The notes: generated from the sequence alone by a model not told the origin. 64,000 nucleotides of DNA from Prevotella sp. (GCA_022782305.1 JALFPC010000042.1:5990-69989); one strand, 5' to 3'. Shown: positions 30,076 through 41,095, counted from the first letter of the stretch. Program-made: numbers and translations.

Positions 30076-31143
30076 ATGGCTAAGCGAAACAATCATCTCG
30101 TAATCATGGCAGGAGGTGTGGGTAGCAGATTCTGGCCCATGAGCTCCGCACAAAAGCCCAAACAGTTTATTGATGCCCTCGGCGTGGGAAAATCGCTACT
30201 TCAACTTACCGTAGACAGATTCAAAGGGATATGCGAAGTGGAAAACACATGGGTGGTGACAAACAAAGACTATATAGACATGGTAAAGGAGCAACTTCCA
30301 GACATGCCCTCTGACCATATCTTGTGTGAACCATGCCGCAGAAATACTGCACCATGCATAGCATACGTGAGCTGGAGAATAAAAAAAATGGATCCTAAGG
30401 CTAACATCGTGGTGTCGCCAAGCGACCATATAGTGCTAAACGAACAGGAGTTTAATAGGATTATCACAAACTGTCTGAGATTTACAGGAGAAACAGACTC
30501 TATTGTCACACTCGGCATCAAACCGTCAAGACCAGAAACGGGATACGGATATATAGAGGCTGACCTGTCAACCAGTTCTCTGAGAAACAAGGATATTTTT
30601 AGAGTTGACTCCTTCCGCGAAAAACCAGATATTGACACCGCAAAGGAATATATCTCCAAAAATAACTATTTCTGGAATGCGGGCATCTTTATATGGAATA
30701 TCAACACTATAACAAATGCTTTCCGCATGTATCAGCCATCAATGGCAAAGTTATTCGACCGCATGATGCCTGTATTGGGCACCGACGAGGAACAGAAAGA
30801 GATTGACAGACTATTCCCTGAATGTGAAAGCATATCTGTGGACTATGCCATCATGGAAAAGGCTGAGGAGATATTCGTATGCCCTGCCGACTTCGGATGG
30901 AGCGACCTGGGCACATGGGGTTCGCTATGGGCACAAACAAAAAAAGACCTCTATGGCAATAGCAAAATTGGTGAAAACATCTGCACATACGAAACTTCTA
31001 ACTGCATCATTCATACTAAACATGAGAAAAAAGTGGTGGTGCAGGGACTTGACGGATATATAGTGGCAGAAAATGACAATACACTGCTCATATGCAAAAT
31101 GTCGGAAGAACAACGCATCAAACAATTCTCAGGACAGGATTGA
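30076..31143 (+). CDS. manC: Mannose-1-phosphate guanylyltransferase (monofunctional)
   Basis: MAGGVGSRFWP...PKQF, EPCRRNTAP, ETGYGYI, FREKP, WSDLGTW; no C-terminal cupin domain. Confidence 0.93.
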   Translation: MAKRNNHLVIMAGGVGSRFWPMSSAQKPKQFIDALGVGKSLLQLTVDRFKGICEVENTWVVTNKDYIDMVKEQLPDMPSDHILCEPCRRNTAPCIAYVSWRIKKMDPKANIVVSPSDHIVLNEQEFNRIITNCLRFTGETDSIVTLGIKPSRPETGYGYIEADLSTSSLRNKDIFRVDSFREKPDIDTAKEYISKNNYFWNAGIFIWNINTITNAFRMYQPSMAKLFDRMMPVLGTDEEQKEIDRLFPECESISVDYAIMEKAEEIFVCPADFGWSDLGTWGSLWAQTKKDLYGNSKIGENICTYETSNCIIHTKHEKKVVVQGLDGYIVAENDNTLLICKMSEEQRIKQFSGQD

Positions 31144-31220
31144 TCATAAATGAAATAACTGAATAATTAACAGTATATCATTACTCATTTTAATTTTATA
31201 CACATTACTTATATAAAGAT

Positions 31221-32312
31221 ATGGAAAAAAAAGTTGCTTTAATCACTGGTATCACAGGTCAGGATGGATCTTATCTGGCCGAATTTCTTATTGACAAAGG
31301 TTATGAGGTGCATGGACTGCTCAGAAGATCATCATCATTCAATACAGGACGTATAGAGCATCTCTATCTCGACGAGTGGGTTAGAGATATGAAAAAGGCA
31401 AGACTCGTTAACCTGCACTGGGCTGACATGACCGACTCTTCATCGCTCATCAGAATAATAGGAGAAATCAAACCTACAGAAATATATAACTTGGCTGCTC
31501 AAAGCCACGTAAAGGTTTCTTTCGATGTGCCAGAATATACTGCTGATACAGATGCCGTGGGAGTGCTAAGACTGCTCGAAGCCGTAAGAATTTGCGGGCT
31601 CGAAAAGACTTGCAGAATTTATCAGGCTTCTACTTCTGAACTGTATGGAAAAGTGCAGGAGGTGCCACAAAGCGAAACTACTCCATTCTATCCACGTTCT
31701 CCATACTCTGTGGCAAAACTATATGGATTCTGGATCATGAAAAACTACCGCGAGTCGTATGATATGTATTGCTGCAATGGTATTCTCTTCAACCACGAGA
31801 GCGAAAGACGTGGAGAAAACTTCGTGACACGAAAAATTACTCTCGCTGCAGCACGTATAGCACAGGGATATCAGGATAAACTGTATCTCGGAAATCTTAA
31901 CTCGCTGAGAGACTGGGGATATGCCAAGGATTATGTGGAGTGTATGTGGCTCATTCTGCAGCAACCTGAACCCGACGACTTCGTAATTGCTACAGGGGAA
32001 TATCATACCGTGAGGGAGTTTGCTACTTTGGCTTTCAAAGAAGTGGGAATAGAACTGGAATGGAAAGGAGAAGGTGTGGACGAAAAGGGATACGACAAAA
32101 ATACAGGCAAGGCGCTCGTGGAGGTAGACCCTAAGTATTTCAGACCCGCAGAGGTAGACCAACTGCTCGGAAACCCTGCTAAAGCAAAAAAAATACTGGG
32201 ATGGAACCCTACAAAAACGTCATTCGAGCAACTCGTGAAAATCATGGTGAAGCACGACATGAAATTCGTGAAAAAACTCTTCCTTAAAGCTCAACTCGAG
32301 GCCGAAGAATAA
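31221..32312 (+). CDS. gmd: GDP-mannose 4,6-dehydratase
   Basis: [37 protein letters not shown]. Confidence 0.98.
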   Translation: MEKKVALITGITGQDGSYLAEFLIDKGYEVHGLLRRSSSFNTGRIEHLYLDEWVRDMKKARLVNLHWADMTDSSSLIRIIGEIKPTEIYNLAAQSHVKVSFDVPEYTADTDAVGVLRLLEAVRICGLEKTCRIYQASTSELYGKVQEVPQSETTPFYPRSPYSVAKLYGFWIMKNYRESYDMYCCNGILFNHESERRGENFVTRKITLAAARIAQGYQDKLYLGNLNSLRDWGYAKDYVECMWLILQQPEPDDFVIATGEYHTVREFATLAFKEVGIELEWKGEGVDEKGYDKNTGKALVEVDPKYFRPAEVDQLLGNPAKAKKILGWNPTKTSFEQLVKIMVKHDMKFVKKLFLKAQLEAEE

Positions 32313-32355
32313 TCATCACACTTTATCTCTCTTGAGTGATATAACAAAAGAAAGT

Positions 32356-33531
32356 ATGACAATGCTTGACAAAAATTCTAAAATATACGTTGCTGGACAT
32401 AATGGACTCGTGGGGTCGGCAATATGGAAAAACCTCGAACTAAGGGGGTACCATAATCTCGTGGGACGAACGCACAAAGAACTTGACCTCACTGATCAGT
32501 ATGCCGTGGAGCAATTCTTCGACCAAGAGAAACCTGATGCCGTGGTGCTGGCTGCCGCATTCGTGGGAGGAATCATGGCTAATAGTCTCTATAGGGCGGA
32601 CTTCATAATGCAAAACATGAAAATGCAGTGCAACGTGATTGGTAATGCTTATTCGCACGGGGTCAAAAAACTCCTCTTCCTCGGTTCAACATGCATTTAT
32701 CCTAAAAATGCACCGCAACCAATGAAAGAAGATGCTCTGCTCACCTCCCCTCTCGAATATACAAACGAGGAGTATGCCATTGCAAAAATTGCTGGACTCA
32801 AAATGTGCGAGAGCTATAACCTGCAATATGGAACCAACTATATTGCGGTGATGCCAACAAACCTCTATGGGCCTAATGACAACTTCCACCTCGAAAATAG
32901 CCATGTGATGCCTGCTATGATGAGAAAGGTGTATCTGGCAAAACTCATTCACGACAATGCATGGGATGCCATACGCAAGGATATGGACAAACGACCTGTG
33001 GAGGGAGTTACGGGTAGTGACACCAAAGAACAAATCATGCTGGTGCTAAACAAATATGGAATCAGCAATAATAAGGTGGTGCTATGGGGCACTGGTACTC
33101 CGCTGAGGGAGTTTCTATGGAGCGAAGACATGGCTGACGCAAGCGTGCACGTGTTGCTGAACGTGGATTTCAAAGATATCATCGGAATAGAGAAATATTC
33201 ATCGGTATTCTATGGCAATAGCACTAACGGCGCAGTAGATAGAAACAATAGCGAAGGGCGTGGAGGGGCCATTCCTTCATTGGGGGAAATACGAAACTGC
33301 CATATCAACGTGGGAACAGGCAAGGAACTCACCATTAGACAACTGTCGGAACTGGTAGTGGATGCTGTCGGATTCGAGGGTACAGTAGAGTTTGACTCTA
33401 CTAAACCTGATGGCACACCACGAAAACTTATCGATGTGGAAAAACTGCACTCTCTCGGTTGGACACACAAGGTGGAAATAGACGAGGGGGTAAAGAAACT
33501 GTTTGAATGGTATAAGGCAAGCATATCATAA
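32356..33531 (+). CDS. fcl: GDP-L-fucose synthase
   Basis: AGHNGLVGSA, LGSTCIYP, YAIAKIAG, PTNLYGPNDNF, KPDGTPRK; start is 32356 or 32362. Confidence 0.96.
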   Translation: MTMLDKNSKIYVAGHNGLVGSAIWKNLELRGYHNLVGRTHKELDLTDQYAVEQFFDQEKPDAVVLAAAFVGGIMANSLYRADFIMQNMKMQCNVIGNAYSHGVKKLLFLGSTCIYPKNAPQPMKEDALLTSPLEYTNEEYAIAKIAGLKMCESYNLQYGTNYIAVMPTNLYGPNDNFHLENSHVMPAMMRKVYLAKLIHDNAWDAIRKDMDKRPVEGVTGSDTKEQIMLVLNKYGISNNKVVLWGTGTPLREFLWSEDMADASVHVLLNVDFKDIIGIEKYSSVFYGNSTNGAVDRNNSEGRGGAIPSLGEIRNCHINVGTGKELTIRQLSELVVDAVGFEGTVEFDSTKPDGTPRKLIDVEKLHSLGWTHKVEIDEGVKKLFEWYKASIS

Positions 33532-33588
33532 TGCAATAAGACTGATTATAATAATTTCATTAGGTCAGATTATTATTATCATGGGATA

Positions 33589-33622
33589 TTAGGGTGTGTC
33601 AGAAGTATCTGACACACCCTAA
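33589..33622. repeat. REP-like 15-bp palindrome / bidirectional terminator
   Basis: TTAGGGTGTGTCAGA-AGTA-TCTGACACACCCTAA; same arm core as 46160-46205. Confidence 0.8.
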
Positions 33623-33653
33623 ATCATTAGTTTACTCCCCAGCCAAACCATAT

Positions 33654-33688
33654 AAAACAAAGAGACATCAGCGAATGCTGATGTCTCT
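33654..33688 (-). terminator. Terminator of tRNA-Arg
   Basis: AGAGACATCAGC-GAAT-GCTGATGTCTCT with an A-rich run on its left side (U-rich on the minus strand). Confidence 0.7.
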
Positions 33689-33692
33689 ATTG

Positions 33693-33766
33693 TGACTCCG
33701 AAGGGATTCAAACCCGTAACCTTCTGATCCGTAGTCAGATGCTCTATTCAGTTGAGCTACGGAGCC
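33693..33766 (-). tRNA. tRNA-Arg(ACG)
   Basis: GGCTCCG/CGGAGTC acceptor stem, anticodon arm TCTGA-CTACGGA-TCAGA; own promoter at 33796-33803; CCA not encoded. Confidence 0.95.
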
Positions 33767-33889
33767 TCATTGCTCTTCATTTCTGAATTGCGATGCAAAG
33801 GTACTCACTTTTTTTCAACCATCCAAATGTTTTGAGCGTTTTTTTTATTTTAGTCCTCATTTTTTCCGCTTTCATTACAAATGGGATGC

Positions 33890-34777
33890 TTATATCTTGA
33901 GTTCCTTCATTATTTCACTCATTTTCTGCAGTGTAGAAATGCGGGTGGGCACAAGCGGCAACCTCAACACATTTTCTATCATTCCCATCTCGTGGAGCAT
34001 GGCTTTTACGCCAGCGGGATTACCATCCACAAAGAGAAGACTGAAGAGGTCGGTGAACTTATGGTGTATCTTGCGGGCTCCCTCATATTCGCCTCTAAAC
34101 TCTAGTCTGATCATCTTTGAGAACTCCTTGGGCAAGGCATTGCCAATAACACTAATCACTCCCACTGCACCACAGGAAATCATGGGGAAGGTGAGAGAGT
34201 CATCGCCACTGATCACATCGAAATCATCTGGTTTGTTTTTGATTATCTCGTCTACCTGCTCAAGGTTGCCGCTTGCCTCCTTGATGGCCACGATATTGGG
34301 GCAGTCCTTGGCCAGTCGCACAGTGGTGGAAGCCTGAAGGTTTACTCCCGTACGTCCCGGCACATTATATAATACCACAGGCAATTTGGTGGCAGCAGCT
34401 ATGGACTTGAAATGCTGATATAGGCCCTCCTGGGAGGGTTTATTGTAATAAGGACACACACTGAGCACTCCATCTATGCCATGCCAGTCGGAGGTCTTAA
34501 GTTCTTCTATCACGGCAGCGGTATTGTTGCCACCGCAACCCATCAGTATGGGTACCCTACCCTTTGCCAGAGAAATGACCAATTCCTTAATCTTCTTCTT
34601 CTCATCTGCTGTCAGGCATGGGGTTTCGCCAGTGGTGGCAAGAATGCACAGAAAGTCAGCGCCATTGTCTAGTTGGTATTCAACCAATCTGGTCAGTGAT
34701 TCATAATCAACACTGCCGTCGGACTTGAATGGTGTGACAAGCGCTATACCTAATCCTTTGAATATATTATGTGCCAT
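33890..34777 (-). CDS. dapA: 4-hydroxy-tetrahydrodipicolinate synthase
   Basis: ALVTPF, ATTGE, PYYNKPSQEG, YNVPGRTG, IKEASG, SGDD. Confidence 0.97.
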   Translation of the reverse strand: MAHNIFKGLGIALVTPFKSDGSVDYESLTRLVEYQLDNGADFLCILATTGETPCLTADEKKKIKELVISLAKGRVPILMGCGGNNTAAVIEELKTSDWHGIDGVLSVCPYYNKPSQEGLYQHFKSIAAATKLPVVLYNVPGRTGVNLQASTTVRLAKDCPNIVAIKEASGNLEQVDEIIKNKPDDFDVISGDDSLTFPMISCGAVGVISVIGNALPKEFSKMIRLEFRGEYEGARKIHHKFTDLFSLLFVDGNPAGVKAMLHEMGMIENVLRLPLVPTRISTLQKMSEIMKELKI

Positions 34778-35076
34778 AATTGTAAGTGATATCGTTATTT
34801 CGTGCGCAAAATTACAAAAAATATCTGTATTAAAAGAATAAAATGCAATAAAAAGGCTGAATTACTTATAACTACGGGAGATAGGGTGAGTCTCCGCTCT
34901 GTATTATTACTATTATGCCCAAGAGAGAAATGTTACATATCTTTGTTTCTGAAATATTTGAATTGATTGCATTATATTGTAAACGTATTGTATATTTTTT
35001 TAGAAAAAAAACACTGAATTATCAATTATTTTGATTACTTTTGCAACAGATTACAAGAAGAACAGAGCATTTTATC

Positions 35077-37128
35077 ATGACAATAGAAGGAATGATAAGG
35101 GGAAGAAAGATTACTTTTGCTGCTGTGGCCATAATGGCTATGGCGGTTGCATGTGTTGTGATTTCATGCGGTTATGATGCTGATATACGCACAGATAAAC
35201 AGAGCGGCAGAATGACCTTGATTGAAGATACCATGAATGCAAACCCAAATATTGCAATGACACTATGCGACAGTATGCAAAGGGATTGCAAAGATAGCAT
35301 GGACTATTATGACTTTGAAACTCTCAAGGCTAAAATATATCTGCTGACTGATAGCCCACAGAAGGCTTTGCCTATATTGCAACAAGTGGACAGGTTTGCA
35401 CTCAACAACCATACATCGGCAAGAAACTATGGACTAATGGCACTGGCTCGATCCATAGAAGCGTCGGTTTATCATGTCACCAGACAAAACAACGACAAGG
35501 CCATAAAACTGAATATTCAGGCCATGGAACTGATGATGAAAAGCGACATAAAAGAAAAATGCCCTGAACTGGCTGCTAACCTGGCTGATACATATATATA
35601 TGTAGACAATATGCCCGAAGCTGCTAAATGGTATAGAAGGGCTCTGTTTCTGGTCGACTCGCTGGCTCTGCCGAAAAAACTCAATGTGACTCTATATATG
35701 GGACTGGCACAGATATATGCCAATATCGAGGACTTTAATACAGCCAAACATTATTATGATTTGACTGACAAACAATATGACAACATAAAGAATAACCTGA
35801 AATTATATTTCCTCAATAACTACGGTAATTTCTACTATTTTCAGGCGGACTATAATAATGCGCTCACCATGTTTAAACGAATGGAAAGGGAAATAAATAA
35901 TCAACATTCTTCAACACAACTGGACAGAGCTCTCTGCGATATCAACATGGCTGACGTGTACCTGAACCTCAACATGACTGACAGCGCACAGATTTATCTT
36001 GACATGGCAGAACCGATCTTCATCAAAGTGGGTGTGGACGTGGGAATCTTTTATGCCAACACCATAAGAATGGGCATCGCCATAAAGCAAAACAGATATG
36101 CTGTGATAGACAGCATCTTGAAAAACGAACCGGATATGCTGATAGAGCAATCGTCAATGAGGACTATAAGATATCGTTATCTCAAACAATATCATGAGCA
36201 TAAGGGCGACTACAAAAAAGCTTATGAAACGGCTGAAACAGCGTCAAAAGAAAAGGTTGCGCTCACTGACAAACTGAACAACATGAGAGTGGCGGAGATA
36301 ATGAACCGATTTACTGAAGATACTATCAGACTGCACCACAAAATAGCAATAAGCGAAAAAGACGCATCGCTGGCAAAGGCAAGAAACATGGGGGTCGCAC
36401 TGGTGGCTGTGGTATTGATGATGGCGCTGGCTATGCTGACCGGATATGTCAATATCAGAAGGAAGAGGACTAAGGCCAGAATGGATATGATACTGCTCAG
36501 GTTAGGCAACGTGAGACAGAGAATATCTCCTCACTTTATCTTCAATGTGCTCAACTCAAAAATATGCAAGGAGAACAACGAAGAGGCTGACACTCTGCTC
36601 AAATTGACTAAACTCATTAGAGCTAACCTCGACATGAGTTGCAAGATTTGCGTGACAATGAAAGAAGAACTGGATTTCGTTAAAAAGTATGTGGAAATAG
36701 AAAATAATCTCATTCATGAGGATATCATGCTCGAGATATGCAACGAAAAAAATATAGTACTGGATGATATTGTTATACCATCAATGTTTGTACAGATATT
36801 GGTGGAAAACTCTATACTGCACGGACTGAAAGGTAAAAAGGGAGACAAAATAATCAAGATAAACATAGCGCAAGATCATGACAACACTTACGTGCATATT
36901 ATTGACAATGGAAGGGGATTTGATATAAGAAGAAATGAAGGGTCGGGTACTAAAAACGGTCTTAACATCATAAGACATACTATCGCCGTAATCAACAGCC
37001 ACAAACCTTCAAGCCTGCAAATGGAATTTGATATTACCAATATCGAAACAGATGATGGCAACATAAAGGGATGCGACGCTTCTTATACTATTCCACGAAA
37101 TCTAAACCTAATAAAAAAACTATACTAA
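35077..37128 (+). CDS. LytS-type sensor histidine kinase with periplasmic TPR sensor
   Basis: TPR helices, TM helix, H-box ISPHFIFNVLN, VENSILHG, DNGRG; start uncertain (35077 or 35092). Confidence 0.9.
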   Translation: MTIEGMIRGRKITFAAVAIMAMAVACVVISCGYDADIRTDKQSGRMTLIEDTMNANPNIAMTLCDSMQRDCKDSMDYYDFETLKAKIYLLTDSPQKALPILQQVDRFALNNHTSARNYGLMALARSIEASVYHVTRQNNDKAIKLNIQAMELMMKSDIKEKCPELAANLADTYIYVDNMPEAAKWYRRALFLVDSLALPKKLNVTLYMGLAQIYANIEDFNTAKHYYDLTDKQYDNIKNNLKLYFLNNYGNFYYFQADYNNALTMFKRMEREINNQHSSTQLDRALCDINMADVYLNLNMTDSAQIYLDMAEPIFIKVGVDVGIFYANTIRMGIAIKQNRYAVIDSILKNEPDMLIEQSSMRTIRYRYLKQYHEHKGDYKKAYETAETASKEKVALTDKLNNMRVAEIMNRFTEDTIRLHHKIAISEKDASLAKARNMGVALVAVVLMMALAMLTGYVNIRRKRTKARMDMILLRLGNVRQRISPHFIFNVLNSKICKENNEEADTLLKLTKLIRANLDMSCKICVTMKEELDFVKKYVEIENNLIHEDIMLEICNEKNIVLDDIVIPSMFVQILVENSILHGLKGKKGDKIIKINIAQDHDNTYVHIIDNGRGFDIRRNEGSGTKNGLNIIRHTIAVINSHKPSSLQMEFDITNIETDDGNIKGCDASYTIPRNLNLIKKLY

Positions 37129-37132
37129 CATT

Positions 37133-37882
37133 ATGAAAATTCTCATTATCGACGATGATTCAAATGCCATAGACATGCTGGCAAACAAACTAAATAACTA
37201 TGATGACATCGAAATAATCGGCACCGCCAACACTGGAGAGGAGGGAATGCAAATAGCAAAAATCAATGAACCAGAAGCTATTTTCCTCGATGTAGAACTG
37301 CCTGACATATCAGGTTTATCGCTACTGGAACAAATGAACTCATTCCTCAAGGGATGGTGCCAGGTGGTGATGTATACTGGTCATGACTCATACATGCTCT
37401 CGGCTTTCAGAAATAATGCCTTCGACTTCCTGATGAAGCCAATAGACGATATTGAACTTGACAACGTGATACAAAGACTATATACTACAAAACGAAACAA
37501 CGCTGCTATGGCGGGAAGCGGAATCGTGACAAGAAGCAACGACGACAAACTGCTCTTCTATACAAATACATCCGACTTCAGACTCGTACACGTGCAGGAT
37601 ATAGGTCTTTTTCAGTATAACCACGACCTTAGGGTTTGGGAGGTGGTGGTGGCATGCCGCAAGGAACCAATCAAATTGAAAAGAAACGCAAACAATGAAA
37701 CGCTGCTGGCCATAGACCCGAGGTTTATACAGGTTAGCCAGAAATTTATCATTAACATCAATTACCTGCTCGAGGTGAAAGATAATATGTGCAAACTCTT
37801 TCCTCCATTCGATAAGGTGGACTATGTGAAAGTGGGACGACTGTTTAAGAAAAAACTCATAGAGAGATTCAACACTCTTTGA
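37133..37882 (+). CDS. LytTR-family response regulator
   Basis: IIDDD, FLDVELP, FLMKP receiver domain; FIQVSQKFIIN LytTR-like domain. Confidence 0.9.
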   Translation: MKILIIDDDSNAIDMLANKLNNYDDIEIIGTANTGEEGMQIAKINEPEAIFLDVELPDISGLSLLEQMNSFLKGWCQVVMYTGHDSYMLSAFRNNAFDFLMKPIDDIELDNVIQRLYTTKRNNAAMAGSGIVTRSNDDKLLFYTNTSDFRLVHVQDIGLFQYNHDLRVWEVVVACRKEPIKLKRNANNETLLAIDPRFIQVSQKFIININYLLEVKDNMCKLFPPFDKVDYVKVGRLFKKKLIERFNTL

Positions 37883-37892
37883 GCAGATAGTG

Positions 37893-37970
37893 ACAGTCTA
37901 AACAATCTACAATCAAAAAACAGTCTCCAAAATCTACAATCAAAAAAACAGTCCCCAAAATCTACAATCA
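37893..37970. repeat. Three ~28-bp tandem copies that include the stop codon of the EamA gene
   Basis: ACAGTC(T/C)-N4-AATCTACAATC-An x3. Confidence 0.85.
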
Positions 37971-38885
37971 GCGAGAACCAATATACAGGCATATCATACC
38001 CAGCAATACGAGTGCAAGATCGACAACCTTGGAGCGGAGATTCTTCTCATGAAAGGCCACCGCACCAAAAAGAAAACTTACCACTACACTGCCGCGCCTA
38101 ATCATGGATACAATGCTTATCATGGCGCCTGGCAAACTGAGCGAGTAGAAATAGATGAAATCGGCGGCACTCAGGAAGATGCTCACACAGATGATGCCCC
38201 GATCCCACCTAAACGGGGTTGTGGAACGGCGATGTGGATACCAGAGAAGCATGAGCATGGCTCCCATCATAAAGCACTGATATATATTATACCAACTCTG
38301 CACCAGCATGCGATTGAGACCAACTCCACCCTCTGAAGGCATGGCCATGAGATATTTGTCGTAGAGTCCGCTAACGGCACCCAAAACAGCAGCTCCTACT
38401 ATCATCCATATCCAATGGTCGTGCTTGAAATCAATGCCTTCCTTGCGACCGCTACGACTCAGCATGAAAAAGGATATCACGGCAAGCATCACTCCTGACC
38501 ACTGCCATAGATTGAGACGTTCACCAAACACTATGAAGGCACCCACAAGCACCATAACTGGACGAGTGGCGTTGATGGGGCCAACAATGGTGAGTGGAAG
38601 ATGCTTCATGCCAAAATAACCCAACACCCAACTGCTCAATACAATGCAACTCTTAAGCAACACAAATTTATGGACATCCCAACCGGCCTCAGGAACATAA
38701 TAACTCGAATCTTCGGGTATGAACGAACCAAAGCTCAGCAGTATGAACGGGAGGAATATCAACGACGAAAAAAGTGTATTGAGAAAGAGCACTGGAATGA
38801 CGGCATTGCCATTGAGAGCCTTCTTCTTGAAGGAGTCATAAAAGCCCAATAGGGCTGCTGACATAAACGCAAATATCAACCACAT
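37968..38885 (-). CDS. EamA/DMT family transporter
   Basis: About 10 TM helices in two repeats (FGERL, FHEKNL). Confidence 0.88.
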   Translation of the reverse strand: MWLIFAFMSAALLGFYDSFKKKALNGNAVIPVLFLNTLFSSLIFLPFILLSFGSFIPEDSSYYVPEAGWDVHKFVLLKSCIVLSSWVLGYFGMKHLPLTIVGPINATRPVMVLVGAFIVFGERLNLWQWSGVMLAVISFFMLSRSGRKEGIDFKHDHWIWMIVGAAVLGAVSGLYDKYLMAMPSEGGVGLNRMLVQSWYNIYQCFMMGAMLMLLWYPHRRSTTPFRWDRGIICVSIFLSAADFIYFYSLSLPGAMISIVSMIRRGSVVVSFLFGAVAFHEKNLRSKVVDLALVLLGMICLYIGSR

Positions 38886-38990
38886 ATTCTTTATTGTTAT
38901 CCTTATTAATTCTATGTTTTCTTATTTTATGACTATCGAGAATAGTATCTATGGCAGACATCTTGTAACTGTAGATAACTGCTATGCCTG

Positions 38991-39719
38991 TCAGTATTCG
39001 ACCTCTTCAAGAAACAGGGCATTGGCGGGCATCGATTCGCCTGCCGCACAACGACTCTTGCCCTCTATCACATCTCGATACTGACTGATACTGAGACGAT
39101 GGCGACCAACATCTATGAGTGTACCAACAACTGCCCTCACCATATTACGCAAAAACCTGTTGGCCTTTATCTCAAAATACCACTGATGATCGGAAACCTT
39201 ATGCCACTGGGCACTATACACCTTGCACAGGGTGGTCTTAACATCTGAATGGCTCTTGCAGAATGCACCAAAATCCTCATACTCTAATAATATGGACGCT
39301 GCCTCATTCATCAACGAGAAGTCGAGAGGGTAATGAAGACAACAGGAATAGGCACTGAGGAAAGGGTCTTTGCGGGTATGTACGAAATAGCGGTATCGGC
39401 GTGACGTGGCGCTAAATCGGGCATGCATATCATCAGACACATGCTCCAATGACAATACAGACATGTCGAGAGGCACCATGCGATTGAGACGATATGCCAC
39501 TTGCTGGCAGTCCAAATCGGCAGCATGGTCGAAATGGGCCACCATCATGCGGGCATGCACACCTGCATCTGTACGGCCAGCACCCACTACGGTGATATCG
39601 GTACGGAGCAGCGTGGAGAGTGCCTTCTGCAACTCATGCTGAACAGAATTGCCATTGGGCTGTATCTGCCATCCGTGATAGCGTGTTCCATCATATTGTA
39701 GCGTGACGAAATATCTCAT
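38991..39719 (-). CDS. truA: tRNA pseudouridine(38-40) synthase
   Basis: YDGTRYHGWQ, AGRTDAGVHA, HARFSA, FLRNMVR. Confidence 0.97.
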   Translation of the reverse strand: MRYFVTLQYDGTRYHGWQIQPNGNSVQHELQKALSTLLRTDITVVGAGRTDAGVHARMMVAHFDHAADLDCQQVAYRLNRMVPLDMSVLSLEHVSDDMHARFSATSRRYRYFVHTRKDPFLSAYSCCLHYPLDFSLMNEAASILLEYEDFGAFCKSHSDVKTTLCKVYSAQWHKVSDHQWYFEIKANRFLRNMVRAVVGTLIDVGRHRLSISQYRDVIEGKSRCAAGESMPANALFLEEVEY

Positions 39720-39750
39720 TGACTCTTGCTATTGCATTTATGTGTAAACT

Positions 39751-41076
39751 CTATTGTTTCCTCGATTCATTAGAATGCACAACAACCTTGATCTTGGATA
39801 TGCGGCGCTCTTGCATCTCCATGACCTCAAAGGAATAATGGGCATAGTCAAGCTTTTCATTCAGCACAGGGAATTCTCCCTTGAGTTCAAGAAGCAATCC
39901 TGCCAACGTGTCGGCATCGCCAGCTGCATCGGCAAAATCTTCATCGTCAATATCCATAATCTTATAGAAATCGCTTAGAAGTGTCTTGCCTTCAAAAAGA
40001 TAGGTATTGCTGTTTACCTTTACATAACTTTTCTCATCATCATCATATTCGTCATTGATCTCTCCTACTATCTCCTCTAGAATATCCTCAAGCGTAACAA
40101 TGCCGCTGGTACCGCCAAACTCATCCACAACAATGGCTATATGAACCTTGTTGTTCTGGAATTCTCGAAGAAGGTCGTCAATCTTCTTGGTCTCAGGCAC
40201 AAAATAGGGAGGACGTATCAACGACTGCCATCTAAACGTGGACGGCTTGCCCAAATGTGGTAGCAGGTCCTTGATATACAACACTCCACGTATGTTGTCG
40301 CTATTGTCTTGATAAACAGGTATGCGTGAATAGTTGTTGTCGACAATACACTTGAGTACTTGAGGGAATGAAGACTTGATATTGAGGTCGACAACATCCT
40401 GACGACTGGTCATAATCTCCTTGGCTGTTTCGTCGCTGAAACGTACTATGCCCTCAAGCATGTTTTTCTCATCTCGTATGTCTTCCTTGTCGGTAAGCTC
40501 AAGTGCTTGCTCTAGTTCATCCACACTGAGCACCCTACCCTCTTTCTGTATCACTTTCTCTGCCAACACTCCAGACTTGAGCAATACAGAAGAAAACGGA
40601 TAGAAAATCTTGCGAAGCAAGGTGATGACATTTACCGAAAAACGACAGAAACGCAATGCTTGATTGCCACAATAAATCTTGGGAATAATCTCTCCAAACA
40701 AAAGGAGTACAAAGGTGAGCACTACCGTCAGACAAAGAAACTGCAACCATACTGCATTGCCAAAACTAACCACCTGGGCAAAGAAATAATTGCAGAGCAT
40801 GATTATCGTCACATTTACCAAATTATTGGTAATGAGAATGGTAGCGAGAGTACGCTCTGAGTCGTTTCTAAGAGCCATGATTGACGCATCGCGATCATCC
40901 TTGCTCTCCTCGAGCTCATTGATATCATTGGGGGACAATGAAAAAAATGCTATTTCTGAACCAGAGGCAAAACCCGACAAAAAGAGTAAGGCTACAGCCA
41001 TCACGCCTGCAATGACCGCACCTGTGCCAGGTTGGAAAAACTCTACTTGACTTAATATATAATCTATTTCTTCCAC
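39751..41076 (-). CDS. gldE: Gliding motility-associated GldE (CNNM/DUF21 + CBS pair + CorC)
   Basis: SGSEIAFFSL, GEIIPK, YSRIPVY, VVDEFGGTSGIVTLEDILEEIVGEI; immediately downstream of ssb. Confidence 0.85.
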   Translation of the reverse strand: MEEIDYILSQVEFFQPGTGAVIAGVMAVALLFLSGFASGSEIAFFSLSPNDINELEESKDDRDASIMALRNDSERTLATILITNNLVNVTIIMLCNYFFAQVVSFGNAVWLQFLCLTVVLTFVLLLFGEIIPKIYCGNQALRFCRFSVNVITLLRKIFYPFSSVLLKSGVLAEKVIQKEGRVLSVDELEQALELTDKEDIRDEKNMLEGIVRFSDETAKEIMTSRQDVVDLNIKSSFPQVLKCIVDNNYSRIPVYQDNSDNIRGVLYIKDLLPHLGKPSTFRWQSLIRPPYFVPETKKIDDLLREFQNNKVHIAIVVDEFGGTSGIVTLEDILEEIVGEINDEYDDDEKSYVKVNSNTYLFEGKTLLSDFYKIMDIDDEDFADAAGDADTLAGLLLELKGEFPVLNEKLDYAHYSFEVMEMQERRISKIKVVVHSNESRKQ

Positions 41077-41095
41077 TTAAAATAAATTGGTGTTG

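Noticed and set aside
34870-34905. Lysine riboswitch upstream of dapA
   Set aside because: There is only a small GGAGA/TCTCC hairpin, and the dapA promoter (34807-34814) is 30 nt from the start, leaving no room for an aptamer.
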